A stretch of 64,000 nt of DNA from Octopus sinensis. Taxonomy: Eukaryota. The translations under genes were made by a program, and so were the position numbers. Below, in pieces: positions 1-14,070 of the stretch. The notes under the pieces are model-generated. The model saw nothing but the letters and a program-made list of their open reading frames with translations, was not told the DNA's origin and ran no database searches. Location: NCBI RefSeq assembly GCF_006345805.1, contig NW_021837027.1, forward strand, positions 1 to 64,000. Reading direction: 5' to 3'. Within the stretch, counting starts at the first letter, position 1. The number at the start of each line of letters is the position of its first letter.

Positions 1-295
1 CGTACGTACGTACATACATACATATATACATACATGCATGCATATATACATACATATTTACATACATATATACATACATACATGTATGCATGCATATGCA
101 TATATCTTTTATTTGTTTCAGTCATTAAACCGCGGCCACCCTGGGGCACTGCTTTAAAGAAATTTTAATCGAATGAATTTGTTAATGCGTGGTAGTTATT
201 CTATTGGTTTCTTTCGCCGAACCGCTAAGTTACGGGGATGTAAACGTATTCATACTGGTTGTCATGCGATAGCGGGGACAAACACATACACGATG

Positions 296-351
<56 letters not shown>

Positions 352-355
<4 letters not shown>

Positions 356-971
356 GTGTTCACTTCCGGACACTCTCACTCTGTGAATGTTTCTAGTTCG
401 AATCACACGTGTCTCGAGATGTGCTGAAGATTTTCTGTTTTGGATATATTTGGGGTACTTAGGGCTGCTCAGGACTTAGTGCTTGCTTTTTCCATGGGTG
501 TGAGTAAGTATTTCATTTATGTCTTAAGTATTTATCACTGAGAAGGAGAAAATTCTTATGAATTAACTCTGAAATTAGGACCAATACGGTAATAACGGAA
601 TTTTTTAGAAATTTCTATCGGTTTGTTTCGAGATGCATGAATTATAATGGTTATTGACAATGTCTATTTTCGGCATATTTGGCATTAGAATTTTTTTCTT
701 TTGCCCTTATTTTATAAGTTATATATATATATTATATATTGGTCCTAATTTCAGAGTTAATTCATAAGAATTTTCTCCTTCTCAGTGATAAATACTTAAG
801 ACATAAATGAAATACTTACTCACACCCATGGAAAAAGCAAGCACTAAGTCCTGAACAGCCCTAAGTACCCCAAATATATCCAAAACAGAAAATCTTCAGC
901 ACATCTCGAGACACGTGTGATTCGAACTAGAAACATTCACAGAGTGAGAGAGTCCGGAAGTGAACACTATA
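352..971. repeat. Long fold-back inverted repeat (~235-bp arms), probable PLE pseudo-LTR remnant
   Basis: 352-586 is the near-perfect reverse complement of 737-971, with a ~150-bp spacer; adjacent to (TA)n. Confidence 0.85.
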
Positions 972-1653
972 AAACTTAAATCTAATTTAGGATAAAATTT
1001 TTCGAAAAAAGTTTATCAATGGCCAGCATATTAAAAAATACCTTTAATGGTTAAATTTATAATAACTTATAAAATAGTTAGTATATATTATATATAATAT
1101 ATATATATATATAATATATAATATATATAATATATATTATAATAAAATACAATAAGGGTGAAAAAATTGAATATTAATTAATAACATCAATTTAAAACAC
1201 CAAGTGGCCTAGCGAAAAAAAACTGGGATACAGTAAAAATTTAATTTTAATTATAAATTAATATGTTCTAAAACCGGCAGTAAATTACTGGGGTAGTATT
1301 TACATCCGGTATTTTCAACGCGCCAGGAGTGAGGATATTTGAACGTAACTGCAAATATAATCGGCTGTGCCGTTCGCCTTTGCTCGGCTTCGTATGGATT
1401 TTGGCGTTCGGTTCAGCAAATCATATTTTTGATATACTCTACTGAGGATTCGAAAATGATTATGTGTGTAAAATTACTTAATCTATTAACGATGAAACAA
1501 TTGTATAGAGTTAATCTATTTTTTCGTTATTTTTCATTTGTCCTGCCCTCTTACATTCTTGGCGTGTTGAATTAATGCTTGAGAACAATTCTTTAATGGT
1601 GGATTCCCTTTGCGGATCTATTTCTAGCGTTGTGGTTCTCCTCTCTTATATAT

Positions 1654-1697
<44 letters not shown>

Positions 1698-1768
1698 GTA
1701 TAATATATATATATATATATATATTAAAGTATATTAATTAATTAATTATTTTATTGTTCTAGTTATTT

Positions 1769-1856
1769 TAACCTGATGAGTGACTATATTTATATCGAAG
1801 TGATTTCTCTACCACTGTATCATTTCTTAAATATAGCCACGAAACACGTGTCGTTA
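1769..1856 (+). ncRNA. Hammerhead ribozyme (type I, PLE-type)
   Basis: taac-CTGATGA-gtgactata...tatagccac-GAAA-cacgtg-TC-gtta. Stem I taac/gtta, stem II paired, palindromic stem III, GUC cleavage triplet. Confidence 0.85.
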
Positions 1857-2056
1857 TTCTACAATTTATATACGTTATTATCATTATTATTATTTCGCAA
1901 TTTACTTAATCTTTGACATTTTATTGTTATTTTAATGTTATATTTATATTATATGTAACTTCTAGATGGTGTAATTTAATTGTTCATTTTGAATTTATAA
2001 AAGGTGTTTTTTTTCTAATTTTATATATATATATATATATATATTTAGATATATAT

Positions 2057-2087
<31 letters not shown>

Positions 2088-2206
2088 TCATAGTATTTTC
2101 CGATTGTCGGATAACTGAACAATGGCGGCGTGGATTTCCACCTCGGCATCCGAAACTCGGAGTTTTATCATGGCTACCGAATAATTGTCATATATTACAT
2201 TTACAG

Positions 2207-2240
<34 letters not shown>

Positions 2241-2268
2241 CTGTCTGTCTGTCTGTGAGGCGTGTGTG

Positions 2269-2650
2269 TGGAGGCCTAATGGCCCAGTGGTTAGGGCAGC
2301 GGACTCGTGGTCGTAGGATCGTGGTTTCGATTCCCAGACCGGGCGTTGTGAGTGTTTATTGAGCGAAAACACCTAGAGCTCCACGAGACTCCGGCAGAAG
2401 GCGGTTTGTGAGCCCTGCTGTATACTTTCACCACAACTTTCTCTCAGTCTTTCATCTTGTTTCTGTTGTACCTGTATTTCAAAGGGCGAGCCTTGTCACA
2501 CTCTGTGTCACACTGAATCTCCCCGAGAACTAGGTTAAGGATACACGTGTCTGTGGAGTTGTCAGCCACTTGCACGTTAATTTCATGAGCAGGCTGTTCC
2601 GTTGATCGGATCAACTGGAACCCTCGTCATCATAACCAACGGAGTGCCAC
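2269..2650 (+). mobile_element. tRNA-derived SINE (family A)
   Basis: A-box/B-box-like head (tggcccagtggttagg...ggtttcgattccc); close paralog at 23175-23530. Confidence 0.8.
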
Positions 2651-2651
2651 G

Positions 2652-2713
<62 letters not shown>

Positions 2714-3320
2714 TTGTGTGTGTGTGTGTGTGTGTATGTGTGTGTGTTTCCGTTTACCAAATCCACTCACAAAGCTTTGGTCGGCCCAGTGCTATGCTAC
2801 GCAGTGAGACTGAACGCAGTATCATGCGGTTAGGAAGCCAACTTCTACTACATTAGAAAGAGGAACGGTAAAGGAGACGTCAGTGATACTTAAATTCATT
2901 AAATAAAAGCTCGTTAATAAACACCACAAGGTAGTGGCTCACGATTTTGACGATCAATGACCAAAAGATAAAAAGTAAAATTAAACACCGCTGGAGTTGA
3001 ATCCGCAACCCTGGGAAATGTTTCTAATGTGTTTTCTTTTTTTTAATTTCCTTGATTTGTGAATCAATTTCGCGGAAATGCTATAACAATGAAAGCGCCG
3101 GCAGCTGTGAATTTACTGAGGAGGCGAAATAAGGCTGACATCTGAGTTGTCACAATAGCTAAAACATCATATTCACTTCATCCCTGCATGTATTCAATCA
3201 TAGAGAAATACATAAACGCACACCCACCCACACACGCACACACAAACACACGCACTCACACACGAACACACACACGAACACACACACGCACACGCACACA
3301 TGCACACACGCATGTGTGCC

Positions 3321-3418
<98 letters not shown>

Positions 3419-4786
3419 CAGACAGGGTGTGACACAAGCACACAACCATGAGTGCATAGCATCTTATAGCAGAAACAGCTGCAAGCTAATGAAGTTCATT
3501 TTATAATTACTTGCCAGTTAATTAACTTCTCATTACGCTCTGTGCTCGACTTACGCCTCGCAGTTCTTCGTGTCGACGAGTAACACACTACATCTACAAA
3601 AATGTATTCTAATCGAAATAAACAAAACGGAGATTAATAAAACCAGGTGCCTTTTGACAAGTCACCTGATGCGACACATCCGCACCTACCATGCAACACA
3701 GCTGTTTGTATAGCATCTCACCCACGAGGCGCCGCGGCACGATGGGTCGAAACGATCGAAGTGAATAATAAAGAATCTCGTGAATTCGTTTTCTTTTTCT
3801 CATATTTTCATAAACTGTACGGACATGAAGGGTTTCCTGAAATAAATCCAGTGGTACATACCTCCATATTATTAACATCAGGTAACCGAATACTGTGACG
3901 GGCTTTAAACGGCACACTATAAGATGTATACCCGAATGTAATTTATTACTCATATATACATACACACATACATACACACATACATACATACATACATACA
4001 TACATACATACCATACATACATACATACATACATACATACATACGCATACATACACATACATACATACATACATACACATACATACATACATACATACAC
4101 ATACATACATATATACATACATACATACATACACACATACATACACATACATACATACACATACATACGTACATACACACATACGCATATATACATACAT
4201 TACGTACGTACATACATAGGCGCACATCTTTTGAAATAGTGGATATCTCGAAACATGCAAATATTGGGCTGAAAATCTCTTTTGAAAATTGAAAGCTCCC
4301 CGTGGGACACGAACCCACATCTGTTGACATGACAAACGTTTTCCCATCAAACCCAATGTAATCCTTCGAATTCCTTATAAGCTTATAAGCGATCACCGAG
4401 CAATGACTAAAGAAAATAGTCTAATATTGGGACATATAAGCCCTCGACGGGTAAAAGTGGGTTTTCCGTACGCGTGGGAATCGAACCCTCACCTCTTATA
4501 GGTCGTTGAATGCTGGAAATGAGGAGTCGATCGACAGCCGACAACTGATGAAGGGTCCTTTCTCTGTGTCCTGTTCTTCATTTTTTCTCGTTGTTTAGCA
4601 TTTCATGTTATTTTCACCGTTGGTGACATCCTGTACCCATATATGCATGTATACATACATACATACATACATACATACATACATACATACATACATACAT
4701 ACATACATACATACATGCATACATACGCACATACATACATACATAATACATACATACATGCATACATACATACATACATACATACA

Positions 4787-4890
<104 letters not shown>

Positions 4891-4896
4891 TAATAT

Positions 4897-4927
<31 letters not shown>

Positions 4928-4931
4928 TATA

Positions 4932-7900
4932 TAACTTAACTTAGAATAACTTAGAAAGGTTTTGGCCAATATTGGCCCAGGCCATGTCAAACTTAATAGC
5001 ACCACCTGGCGAAGTCTTTCAATTCAGGATTTGGGCACCGAGGCCCATTCGAGCAGAGGGTTATTGTTTGCGGAGACATATCCGGGTGTGGGTGGTTTGT
5101 CCGAGACTGTTTGAAGGAATTTGTCCAAAGACTTCTTGAATTTTGTGTGGTCAGTTTCTTTTTTGACGTGTCCTGGTGTAATGTTGAAGAGATCGGGTCC
5201 AATTGAGGTGAAATAGTTGTACCGTATTGTCGTTATGTGATGCGATTTAGATTTTTGTTGTGGACGGATGGCACGTGATCCAAGCCTTGGATGTATTTTG
5301 AAGGTGATGCCAACATCATTCGGACAGTGCTGATGGAATATTTTCCACATCATACAGATAATGTAGCGTTCACGGCGTCGTTGGAGTGAATACAGTTTCA
5401 GCTTCTCTAGTCTACCCCAGTTCAAGGTCTGACATGCCATCTATCTTTTTGTGATTGACCTTTGGGGAGCTTCAATTCTCATAATATTTTGTTTTGTGTA
5501 GGGAGACCACAGTGGACAGCATATTGAAGGTGGGGTCGGGCAAAAGTGGAGAAGAGAGGATAATAGTGTGGGAATCTCTCGACTGGAAGGTTCTGAGAAT
5601 CCAGGAACACATTCTGCGGGCCATGTCAACTTTGCTGCTTATATGTGTAGCCCAGCTTATGTTGTTGTTCACTGTTACTCCCAAGTCTCTGATGTTGTTG
5701 GATGCCATGAGAATTTCTCCAGAAGGAAGAGAGTATGGGAGTTTCAGAGCGTGCTCCCTTCCAAAGTGGATCAGTTCGAATTTGTCTTCATTTAGCAACA
5801 TGTTATTCTTTTCCGCCCATTGGACAACAGCCAGTAGGTCTGACTGAAGGTTTATTTGGTCATCCACGCCATTGATGACCTTCTGGAGCTTGGAGTCATC
5901 AGCGAAGGTTCTGATGTTACTGTGTTTGATGGTGTCAGTAATATCATTTATGTAGATGATGAAGAGAAGTGGGCCCAACACAGTGCCTTATGGGACACCA
6001 CTGCTGACTTTGGCTGGGCTGGATTTGACCCCTTCGACTACAACATGTTGGGTTCTGTTAGACAGGAAGCACTTGGTCCACTGCAGCAGCTTTCCAGTGA
6101 CACCAATATTGGACAGCTTTCTCAGAAGGATCTTATGATCAACCCTGTCAAAGGCCTTGCTGAAATCAAGGTAGATGACATCAGTGTTGGAACCCTCTCC
6201 CAAGGCTCTCAAAATGTCATCAAAATGATGCAGTAGCTGCGTCAGGCAATCTCTTCCATTACGGAATCCATGCTGGTTGGAGTTCAGTATATTATGACTC
6301 TCAAGGAAGTGAGTCATACGCGATCTCAGCACTCTCTCAAATACCTTAATGATATGAGAGGTGAGTGAGATTGGACGGTAATTCACGGCAAGCAATTTGT
6401 TTCCTTTTTTGAAAACTGGGACAACAGACTGGGATAGAAGGTCTTCTGGTATATATCCAGCATCCAGTGAGTTCCGCCACAGATTGGCTAGAGGGGGTGC
6501 AAGTTGGTTTTGACACATCTTCAAGACACAAGCAGGGAATCTGTCGGGACCTACTGCTGAATTATGCTTCATTTCCTTTATTGCTGCTAAGACATCAGGA
6601 GCGCCAAAGGTTATGTCCGATAAAGTGTATTGGGGAGTAACATCACTGATACAGCCCAGATCAGTCATATCAGGATTGCTGAAAACAGAGCAATATTGTT
6701 TCTGCAATATCTCTCCCATGGTTTTGGCATTGTCTTGAAGAGTACCATTTTCATCAATCAGAGGGCCAACAGTAGAACCAGTGACTCTGTGTTTTTTTGC
6801 AAATGAAAAGAACACTTTGGGATTGAGTTTGATCTTCTCAATGGCCCAGGCCTCTTCAGCTCTTCGCTGACTATTGATGATAGACATCATGTTGTTTTGG
6901 AGTTTATGTTTTTTAATCTCTAGCGACGAGATGGCAGTCAGGTTGGTGTGTTGCTGTTGACAGTATTTCAGCATGTTGATCTTTTGTTGATTCTTTTAAT
7001 TTCTCATGAGAGATTTTCTATTTCTAGGGATTCGACACTTAGATTTGTTTGCAGATCTTAATGGGGTGTGTCTTGCACATATGTTCGTGATGGTGTCTAC
7101 AAGTGACTGCCAGGACTTTTTAATGTTAGTGGGTGTGTATGTGTGCGTGAAGGACCAATCGACTTGTGCAAGATCATTATTGATCGCTTCCCAGTTTGCA
7201 TTGTGGAAATCCATAGTGTCAAATGGATGAACAGGAGGGATGACATTTGTTTTGCATTTTGGCCAGTGAAATCTCAGATCACAGAGAACCATGTCATGAT
7301 CGGAAAGTAGGGTTTTCTCCACTGCAATATTGTGGATAGTATCAGTGTGATTGCTGAAAATTAAGTCTAAGACGTTTTTATGACATCTCGTTGGTTCGAG
7401 TACCAGTTGGGACAGGAAGAAATCATCCATGAAGTCAAGAAGCGATTCCACTGCCTCCCTGTCAGGGGTTGAGAGAGAAGAACCTGGCGGCAGACTGTTT
7501 GTAGACCAGTCAACCCCGGGAAGGTTGAAGTCTCCCATCATTAAAATGTTGTCAGGTTGACACTGCTGAATGAAACACTTTATGCTGTTGAGGCATTCCT
7601 TGAAGCATGGTAGGGTGTTGGGGTGGTCTGTAGAGCCCAACTACTGTTAAGTTGTTGGTTTGACTGAATACAGCGACTGTTTCGCAATATCCATTGGAAA
7701 ATATGTTCATGGCTTCTGTTGAGAATGAATCATGAACATAAATGGCAGTCCCACCCTTTCTTCTGCCAGCACGATCAGCACGAATGGTTTGAAATTTTTA
7801 ACTTTCACCTCGGCTTCCAAGTGAAGGTTACTAAGATGGGTTTCAGTGAGGACGAAGAAGGGATGTGGTTTGGATGGGCCTCGACCCAGTCCTCCAGGAA

Positions 7901-8200
7901 TCTTATCTTCCATTTTTGTGTATTGGTGGAAGGGCTGATACCTTGGGCATTAAGCAGAAATGTTGAGGCGAGAGTGGATGGTTTTAATTGTTTTGGTGAT
8001 TTGTTTATTGATTGCTTTTTAATGGCATGTGCAGTGGGGTAATAGTGGGGATGGTGGTGGGGTGATAGCTCGGATGTTTTTTTTCCAGTTCTTTTGCTAG
8101 ATTCATTATAGCTAAAAAAGAGGAAGAAGAGGTGGTTTCCTGTCTAGGGAACTGTAGGTGACTGTGGTTGTGGTTATTTTATATGAGTGGTTATTTCTAT
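4932..8200 (-). mobile_element. CR1/L2-type LINE, near-complete ORF2 (APE endonuclease + RT), disrupted
   Basis: ORFs 6996-7640 (MGDFNLP, SDH), 5988-6974 (NYRPISLTS, QHGFR, YLDFSKAFDRVDH, SGVP then in-frame TAA), 5472-5981 (LGPLLF, FADD) and 5024-5440 (LYSLQRRRERY). Short tandem-repeat 3' tail near 4932-4955. Confidence 0.93.
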
Positions 8201-8247
8201 ATAAGTCGTAGGTTTTTTTGCTTTATATATATTATATATATTATATC

Positions 8248-8281
<34 letters not shown>

Positions 8282-8289
8282 GTATGTAT

Positions 8290-8880
8290 TGCATCATCCA
8301 TACTCTCAACAATGCGCCCTATAATATGGTTTCTGATTACAAATATCTTGGGTCATACATATCATCATCTGGAAAAGACTTTCTAACTAGAAAGGGTATG
8401 GCCTGGTCAGCCTGTAATGACATGCATAAGATCTGGTCATCAAATCTAAGTAGAGATTTCAAACTTGAAATCTTCAAAGCCACAGTCGAACCAATTCTAC
8501 TATATGGCTCAGAAACCTGGACGTTATCAAAGAAGCTTGAGAAGCGGTTGGATGGAACCTACACTCGCCTCCTTATGAGAGCTCAAAATCTCTCGTGGAA
8601 GCGCCATCCAACCAAAATGCAAATATATGGGAAACTACCACCAGTGTCATCTCTTGTGAAAGGTAGGAGAGTCCAGTTTGCTGGACATTGTTGTAGAGCT
8701 GAAAAAGAAGCCATCTACTCGCAATACCAGAGGGTGCACACTCTCCTACCCTGATGTAATCTCCAGGGATACAGGCATCCAGCAACACGACCTCCGTAAT
8801 GCCATGATGGACCGTGAAGTCTGGCGTAGCATGGTAAATTCCATTGTCTCGACCACGGTCGAACAATGATGATGATGATG
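8290..8880 (+). mobile_element. RTE-clade LINE 3' fragment
   Basis: DYKYLGSYI...ILLYGSETWTL...RRVQFAGHC...AMMDREVWR followed by a (GAT)n tail. Confidence 0.85.
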
Positions 8881-10553
8881 TATGTATACATATACATATA
8901 TATATATATATTTGTAATTCAGGTAAGGTAGCGTCTGGTGACGTAAGGTAATAGTTACAAGCAATTGGTTGTCAGATTGACTCGTCGTTGCCTTAAGCTG
9001 CAACTTGAACTGCAGCTAAAAGCAAGGATGTTTGTGTTGCATAACGTCGATTGGCTTTAGGCAGTTTATCAATGGACCAGTTCTAGGCATAAAAGGATAA
9101 ACCGGTAAAACAACTGGTACCAGGTTAGGTTATGGCATTTTTATCGTTAAACCTGAGCGTTGAGTTTTTACAAGGGTATAGATATTAAGGAAGTGGGTGG
9201 GGATAAGAAGGTGTGTAGATGGCCTCTTACAGGTGTTTCAAGAACAGAGACACAGGTGGTGCACTTCCCTGCAGACAAAGATAAACTAAGAATGGAGTAG
9301 CTATCTATTCCATCATCGGAGAGATATGCATGCGAGTATGTGTGTAGTGTGTGTATGTATTTGTGGATCTATGTGTCTCTGCACCGCTTGTCAACCAGTG
9401 TTGGTTTGTTTACGTCCCCGTAACTTAGCGGTTTAGCAATAGACACTGATAGAGTAAATACCAGACATAAAAATAGAGTACTGGTGCCGTGGTTTTCGAC
9501 TGAAATCATTCAAGGCGGTGCTACAGCATGGCCGCAATCCAGTGACTGAAACAAGTAAAAGAAGATGAAAGAAGTTTTGTTTGAGATTACGATATTCAGT
9601 AAAGTGTTGGCAACATGCAAAGGAAAATATCCAGAAATTGGTTATGTGTTGGGTGGGGGGGGGAGTCGGAAAGAAAGGTAGAAAGAGAAGCCGTCTGCCC
9701 TGGCCCCCTCATCTTTCTTAATAAAGGGGGAAGAGGAAGCCTAACAACAGTTGTTAAACCATTGTTTGAAAAAGGAAATTAAACGACACGTGACCGACTT
9801 AAATAGCAAATGACAATGAAGACTCTTCTTATCTCCGCCTCTTCATTCCTGCAGATTAGCGAAAAGTCGCTAAAATATTATATAACACCTCACATTGAGC
9901 TTTGGATTAAGGTTTCAACTCTGTGCCGAATGTGACGAATAAAACGATAGTTCATTGGCTAATCCTACTTAACTGAACCAATGGAACTTGATTTTGTTCC
10001 ATCAACTGCAAATCTGCCATCTTGCCGTTGTTTTGTCTCAAAGATACATCCAATCAACTGCTAACGTTTCCTGTGAAAAGTTACTTGAATAAAGAATTAA
10101 TTTCGGTTTCTTAAGTACTGGCATTTTCTCTTTCATAAATGTAATTAAAAATAAACAATCTTTAATAATTCTGGGCAGAAATGAAAACATCAGTTGTTTT
10201 GCAATGATCGTCTTTTTCCATTCCTGTCTAATCGGACATTTCTAGCTCAAAATGAAAGTAATGCTTTTATAACTTGGATATTATACAAGTTGCTACCGTT
10301 GCCATTAATGATAAAAGACTCCCAACAGTGACGGCACTGCCACAGCATTATAACCCTGGGCATGATAGAAGTTTGTTTTGTGACATCCTTAACTTCGTTT
10401 GTCAATATTGAATCAGATTCCACTTGAGAGTGAGTCGAATGTTGACTTAAACACAGCAACACTCAACAAACAAAACAATTCACAGTATTATCGTAAAACA
10501 ACAGCAACAGCAATAACAACAATATAAATAACTACTACTACTACTACTACTAC

Positions 10554-10625
<72 letters not shown>

Positions 10626-10679
10626 GGAGGAGGAGGAGGAAGAGGAGGAAGAGGAGGATGCAGTAACAAGTAGTTGTTC

Positions 10680-11205
10680 TCATGGCTTCTGATCTTAACT
10701 GATTGGAAGTGTTATGTACATTGTTTTGTCTTGGTATAAAAGATAGGCTACAGCAAATATTCTGCTCAATACCACAGATTTGCTTGTCAGTTGTTTGACC
10801 TTAACCAGTTGAGCATGTCCTTTAGTGGCTGACGATATATGCATCTCTGATCACGAGCAGAAGTAGTGGGGGAGCATCATAGCCATGTGTTGAGGGGGAT
10901 TCTTTGGGGTTTGAATAATACACCTCTGGAAACATAGATGTTTTGTTCATCATCTTTAAACAACCCTTATTCAGGGACCTTTTGAGCAGGATGGGCTACT
11001 CAACCCGAAGAAAACTCTAACTAGTCCCCTACCTGCAAGGTCATACACAGTTTATCTTGATATGAAATCACCATATCACGCACATATGGTTGTGATGCAT
11101 GTGCTTAGTGTACCCTTATCAGACGGGTAGTCATGATGGGTATGCTGGGCTTGGTATATTTTACCCCAGTGTCAGTTTGGTGGCATGCACTGCTCTCTCA
11201 CTCAA
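10680..11205 (-). repeat. Dispersed repeat embedded in trinucleotide microsatellite (possible non-LTR element end)
   Basis: Flanked by (TAA)n/(GAT)n. Its terminus gagtgagagagcagtgcatgccacc recurs at ~63699-63723, also within (TTA)n. Confidence 0.5.
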
Positions 11206-11431
11206 TAACAATAATGATAATAATAATAAATAATAATAAATAATAATAATAATATGATGTTGATTTATATTATTTTGGTTATAATAAAACACCAGGCAAA
11301 GAAGAAAACGAAATTCAGATATACATAGAATTATAGATACATACATACAAACAACCAATCATGCGCACATACATGCGTATATACGTGCATACATGCATGC
11401 ACACATAGCTATATACATATATGTATGTATG

Positions 11432-11490
<59 letters not shown>

Positions 11491-11515
11491 TAATAATAAT
11501 AATAATAATAATATA

Positions 11516-11558
<43 letters not shown>

Positions 11559-11656
11559 CTAGAATGAGACTGAAATATGTAATTTTGTCAAGACTGAATA
11601 CACACACACACACACACACAAATACACACACACGTACATAGAACGGAAACTGTAGC

Positions 11657-11709
<53 letters not shown>

Positions 11710-11796
11710 CAGCAGCAGTAGTAGTAAGCAGCAAATTTCAGGTTATCCTTACGTGGGCGCGCCTAAGTGCGCGTGTATATGTGTAGTTTCTGATAG

Positions 11797-11847
<51 letters not shown>

Positions 11848-12243
11848 CGTGAAAACAGTTTCTTGCTGCCCCTCCCCTCAATGAAAACACCACAAACTGG
11901 AGACAATAAATTACAGTTGTTAACTAAGTAACATGACACAACATGAAGGAAAAACAGGGGACAATTTCAGCGGTTTTAGGAGTTTCACCAACAATACCGA
12001 AACATTCCTTAAAGTCTGAGGTAACCGAACTAATACAGAAACAAAATGGCTGCTACTGACTTCCCCGGTATTGTCTGTGTGTCCTTTCAACTCTGATCGC
12101 CATTACTTTTTCTTGTACTTGATGGACCTAACTGATTCCCTACTAAAGCCACCTCCCCCAAAGTTGTTCTTTTAATTTCTTTCTTTGCTTCCTGACCTGC
12201 TGCGGTTGTCTGATGTCTCGACATAATGTATACACCCCCGCGC

Positions 12244-12275
<32 letters not shown>

Positions 12276-12391
12276 TTATCCCCACCCCTCACACACACAC
12301 ACACATACACACACTTATAACTTCTTTGATGATACTTGTAGAATATTTGATTTACTGAGACATGTTGTAAGAATACGAATATATATATATT

Positions 12392-12470
<79 letters not shown>

Positions 12471-12625
12471 TATGTGTGTGTGTATGTGTGTGTATTATAT
12501 ATATATATATATATATATTTATAATCGCACACAAAGGAGACACAAACGCATGCACACATAAGGATACACATCATAGAAGAACAGAATGGACTAAGTGGAG
12601 CAAGAACACTTGTGAAAATAAAAAG

Positions 12626-12670
12626 TGTCACTGAAGAGGTCACAGATGTGTGGCGAAAGATTTTCGGACA
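12626..12670 (+). ncRNA. Degenerate hammerhead ribozyme
   Basis: tgtca-CTGAAGA-g-gtcaca-gatg-tgtggc-GAAA-gattt-TC-ggaca; stem I has a mismatch next to the cleavage site. Confidence 0.5.
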
Positions 12671-12915
12671 ATGGACATGAGTTAAAATAATAGAATAAGA
12701 ACAGTAATAAATGAGTGAAGAAAAATATATAAAAAGAAATGACCATGGCGGTGCCCTAGCATGGCCACAGCTCGTGAGCTAAACTAGAATCAAGAGATCT
12801 CGAATACAAGAAAACCTGTTTCAACACAGGATTTCACATCAGGAATCTTGCAAGACAAATTATAAACGTATATACATAATACATACATACATACATACAT
12901 ACTACATACATACAT

Positions 12916-12990
<75 letters not shown>

Positions 12991-13290
12991 ATATATATAT
13001 ATATACTTTTATATACAAATATGTGCATCACGTGTGTATCGTTGGCGATTTTTTCCTCCGTCTTCCCTTCCTTGGATCTTTCCTTCTCCTATGTTTCTCC
13101 TATGTTATTACCCTTTTTTGATTATATTCACATATTACTTGATAGATTTGTTCGTAAAAAATTTTCCCGGCATGCTCTATATCACCGGGTAGATTTTGCG
13201 TCTGCGCAGAGGTTTGAAAACTTAAGATTTACAAATTGTTTAGATCAACACATGGTCTAACGCTCTGTGCATCTCGAATTAACAAAGGCG

Positions 13291-13368
13291 TCTCGCTGAT
13301 GAAACCGGCCTTAGCAAACATATTCGGTCTGTTTTGCTAGGAAGAGGTAGAAACTGATCAGTCCGGGA
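13291..13368 (+). ncRNA. Hammerhead ribozyme (type I, PLE-type)
   Basis: tctcg-CTGATGA-aacc...ggta-GAAA-ctgatcag-TC-cggga. Inner stem II tagcaaa/tttgcta, palindromic stem III CTGATCAG, A.A mismatch at the base of stem II. Confidence 0.75.
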
Positions 13369-13491
13369 TATATCGTTAAAGGTAAATGTTTTTGATTTTC
13401 ACTCTCGATGAATTTATCCCTTTTTTGTGTCCCTAGCACTTGGCATCCTTATTTGGGAGCCCTTAATTATATATATATATATATATATAAT

Positions 13492-13810
13492 GTTAGAGCG
13501 TCGAGCTTACGATCGTGAGGTTGTGAGCTCGAATCCCGGACCGGGCTGCGTGTTGGGTTCTTGAGCAAGGCACTTTATTTCACGTTGCTCCAGTTCACTC
13601 AGCTGTAGAAATGAGTTGCGACGTCACTGGTGCCAAGCTGTATCGACCTTTGTCTTTCCCTTGGATAACACTGGTGGTGTGGAGAGGGGAGGCTGGTATG
13701 CATGGGCGACTGCTGGTCTTCCATAAACAACCTTGCCCAGACTTGTATCTAGGAGGGTAACTTTCTAGGTGCAATCCCATGGTCATTCATGACCGAAGGG
13801 GGTCTTTACC

Positions 13811-13812
<2 letters not shown>
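13492..13812 (+). mobile_element. tRNA-derived SINE
   Basis: tRNA-like head (gagctcgaatcccggacc) followed by a ttgagcaaggcactt core; inserted in (TA)n. Confidence 0.65.
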
Positions 13813-13858
<46 letters not shown>

Positions 13859-14070
13859 AATTCGATGAGAAATTGTGTTAACCTCATGAAGGGATGGTTC
13901 CATCTAAGGAAATACTGGTTGAATACCTATTTTTTGGGTGGGGGGAATTAATTTCCTTTTAAAAATAGGTATATATAGAAAAACTTATAGTTTATATTCA
14001 TATAAAAGAAGAAAATGAAAATAGAGATTAGTAAGTTAATTGTTTATTATTAACAACAAATCAATCATCA

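Noticed and set aside
2269-2345. tRNA gene
   Set aside because: The tRNA-like sequence is the head of a multi-copy SINE and continues into the SINE body.
3116-3135. ctgagga-ggc-gaaa (and ctgagga-ttc-gaaa at ~1442) as hammerheads
   Set aside because: No room for stem II and no convincing stems I/III; chance matches.
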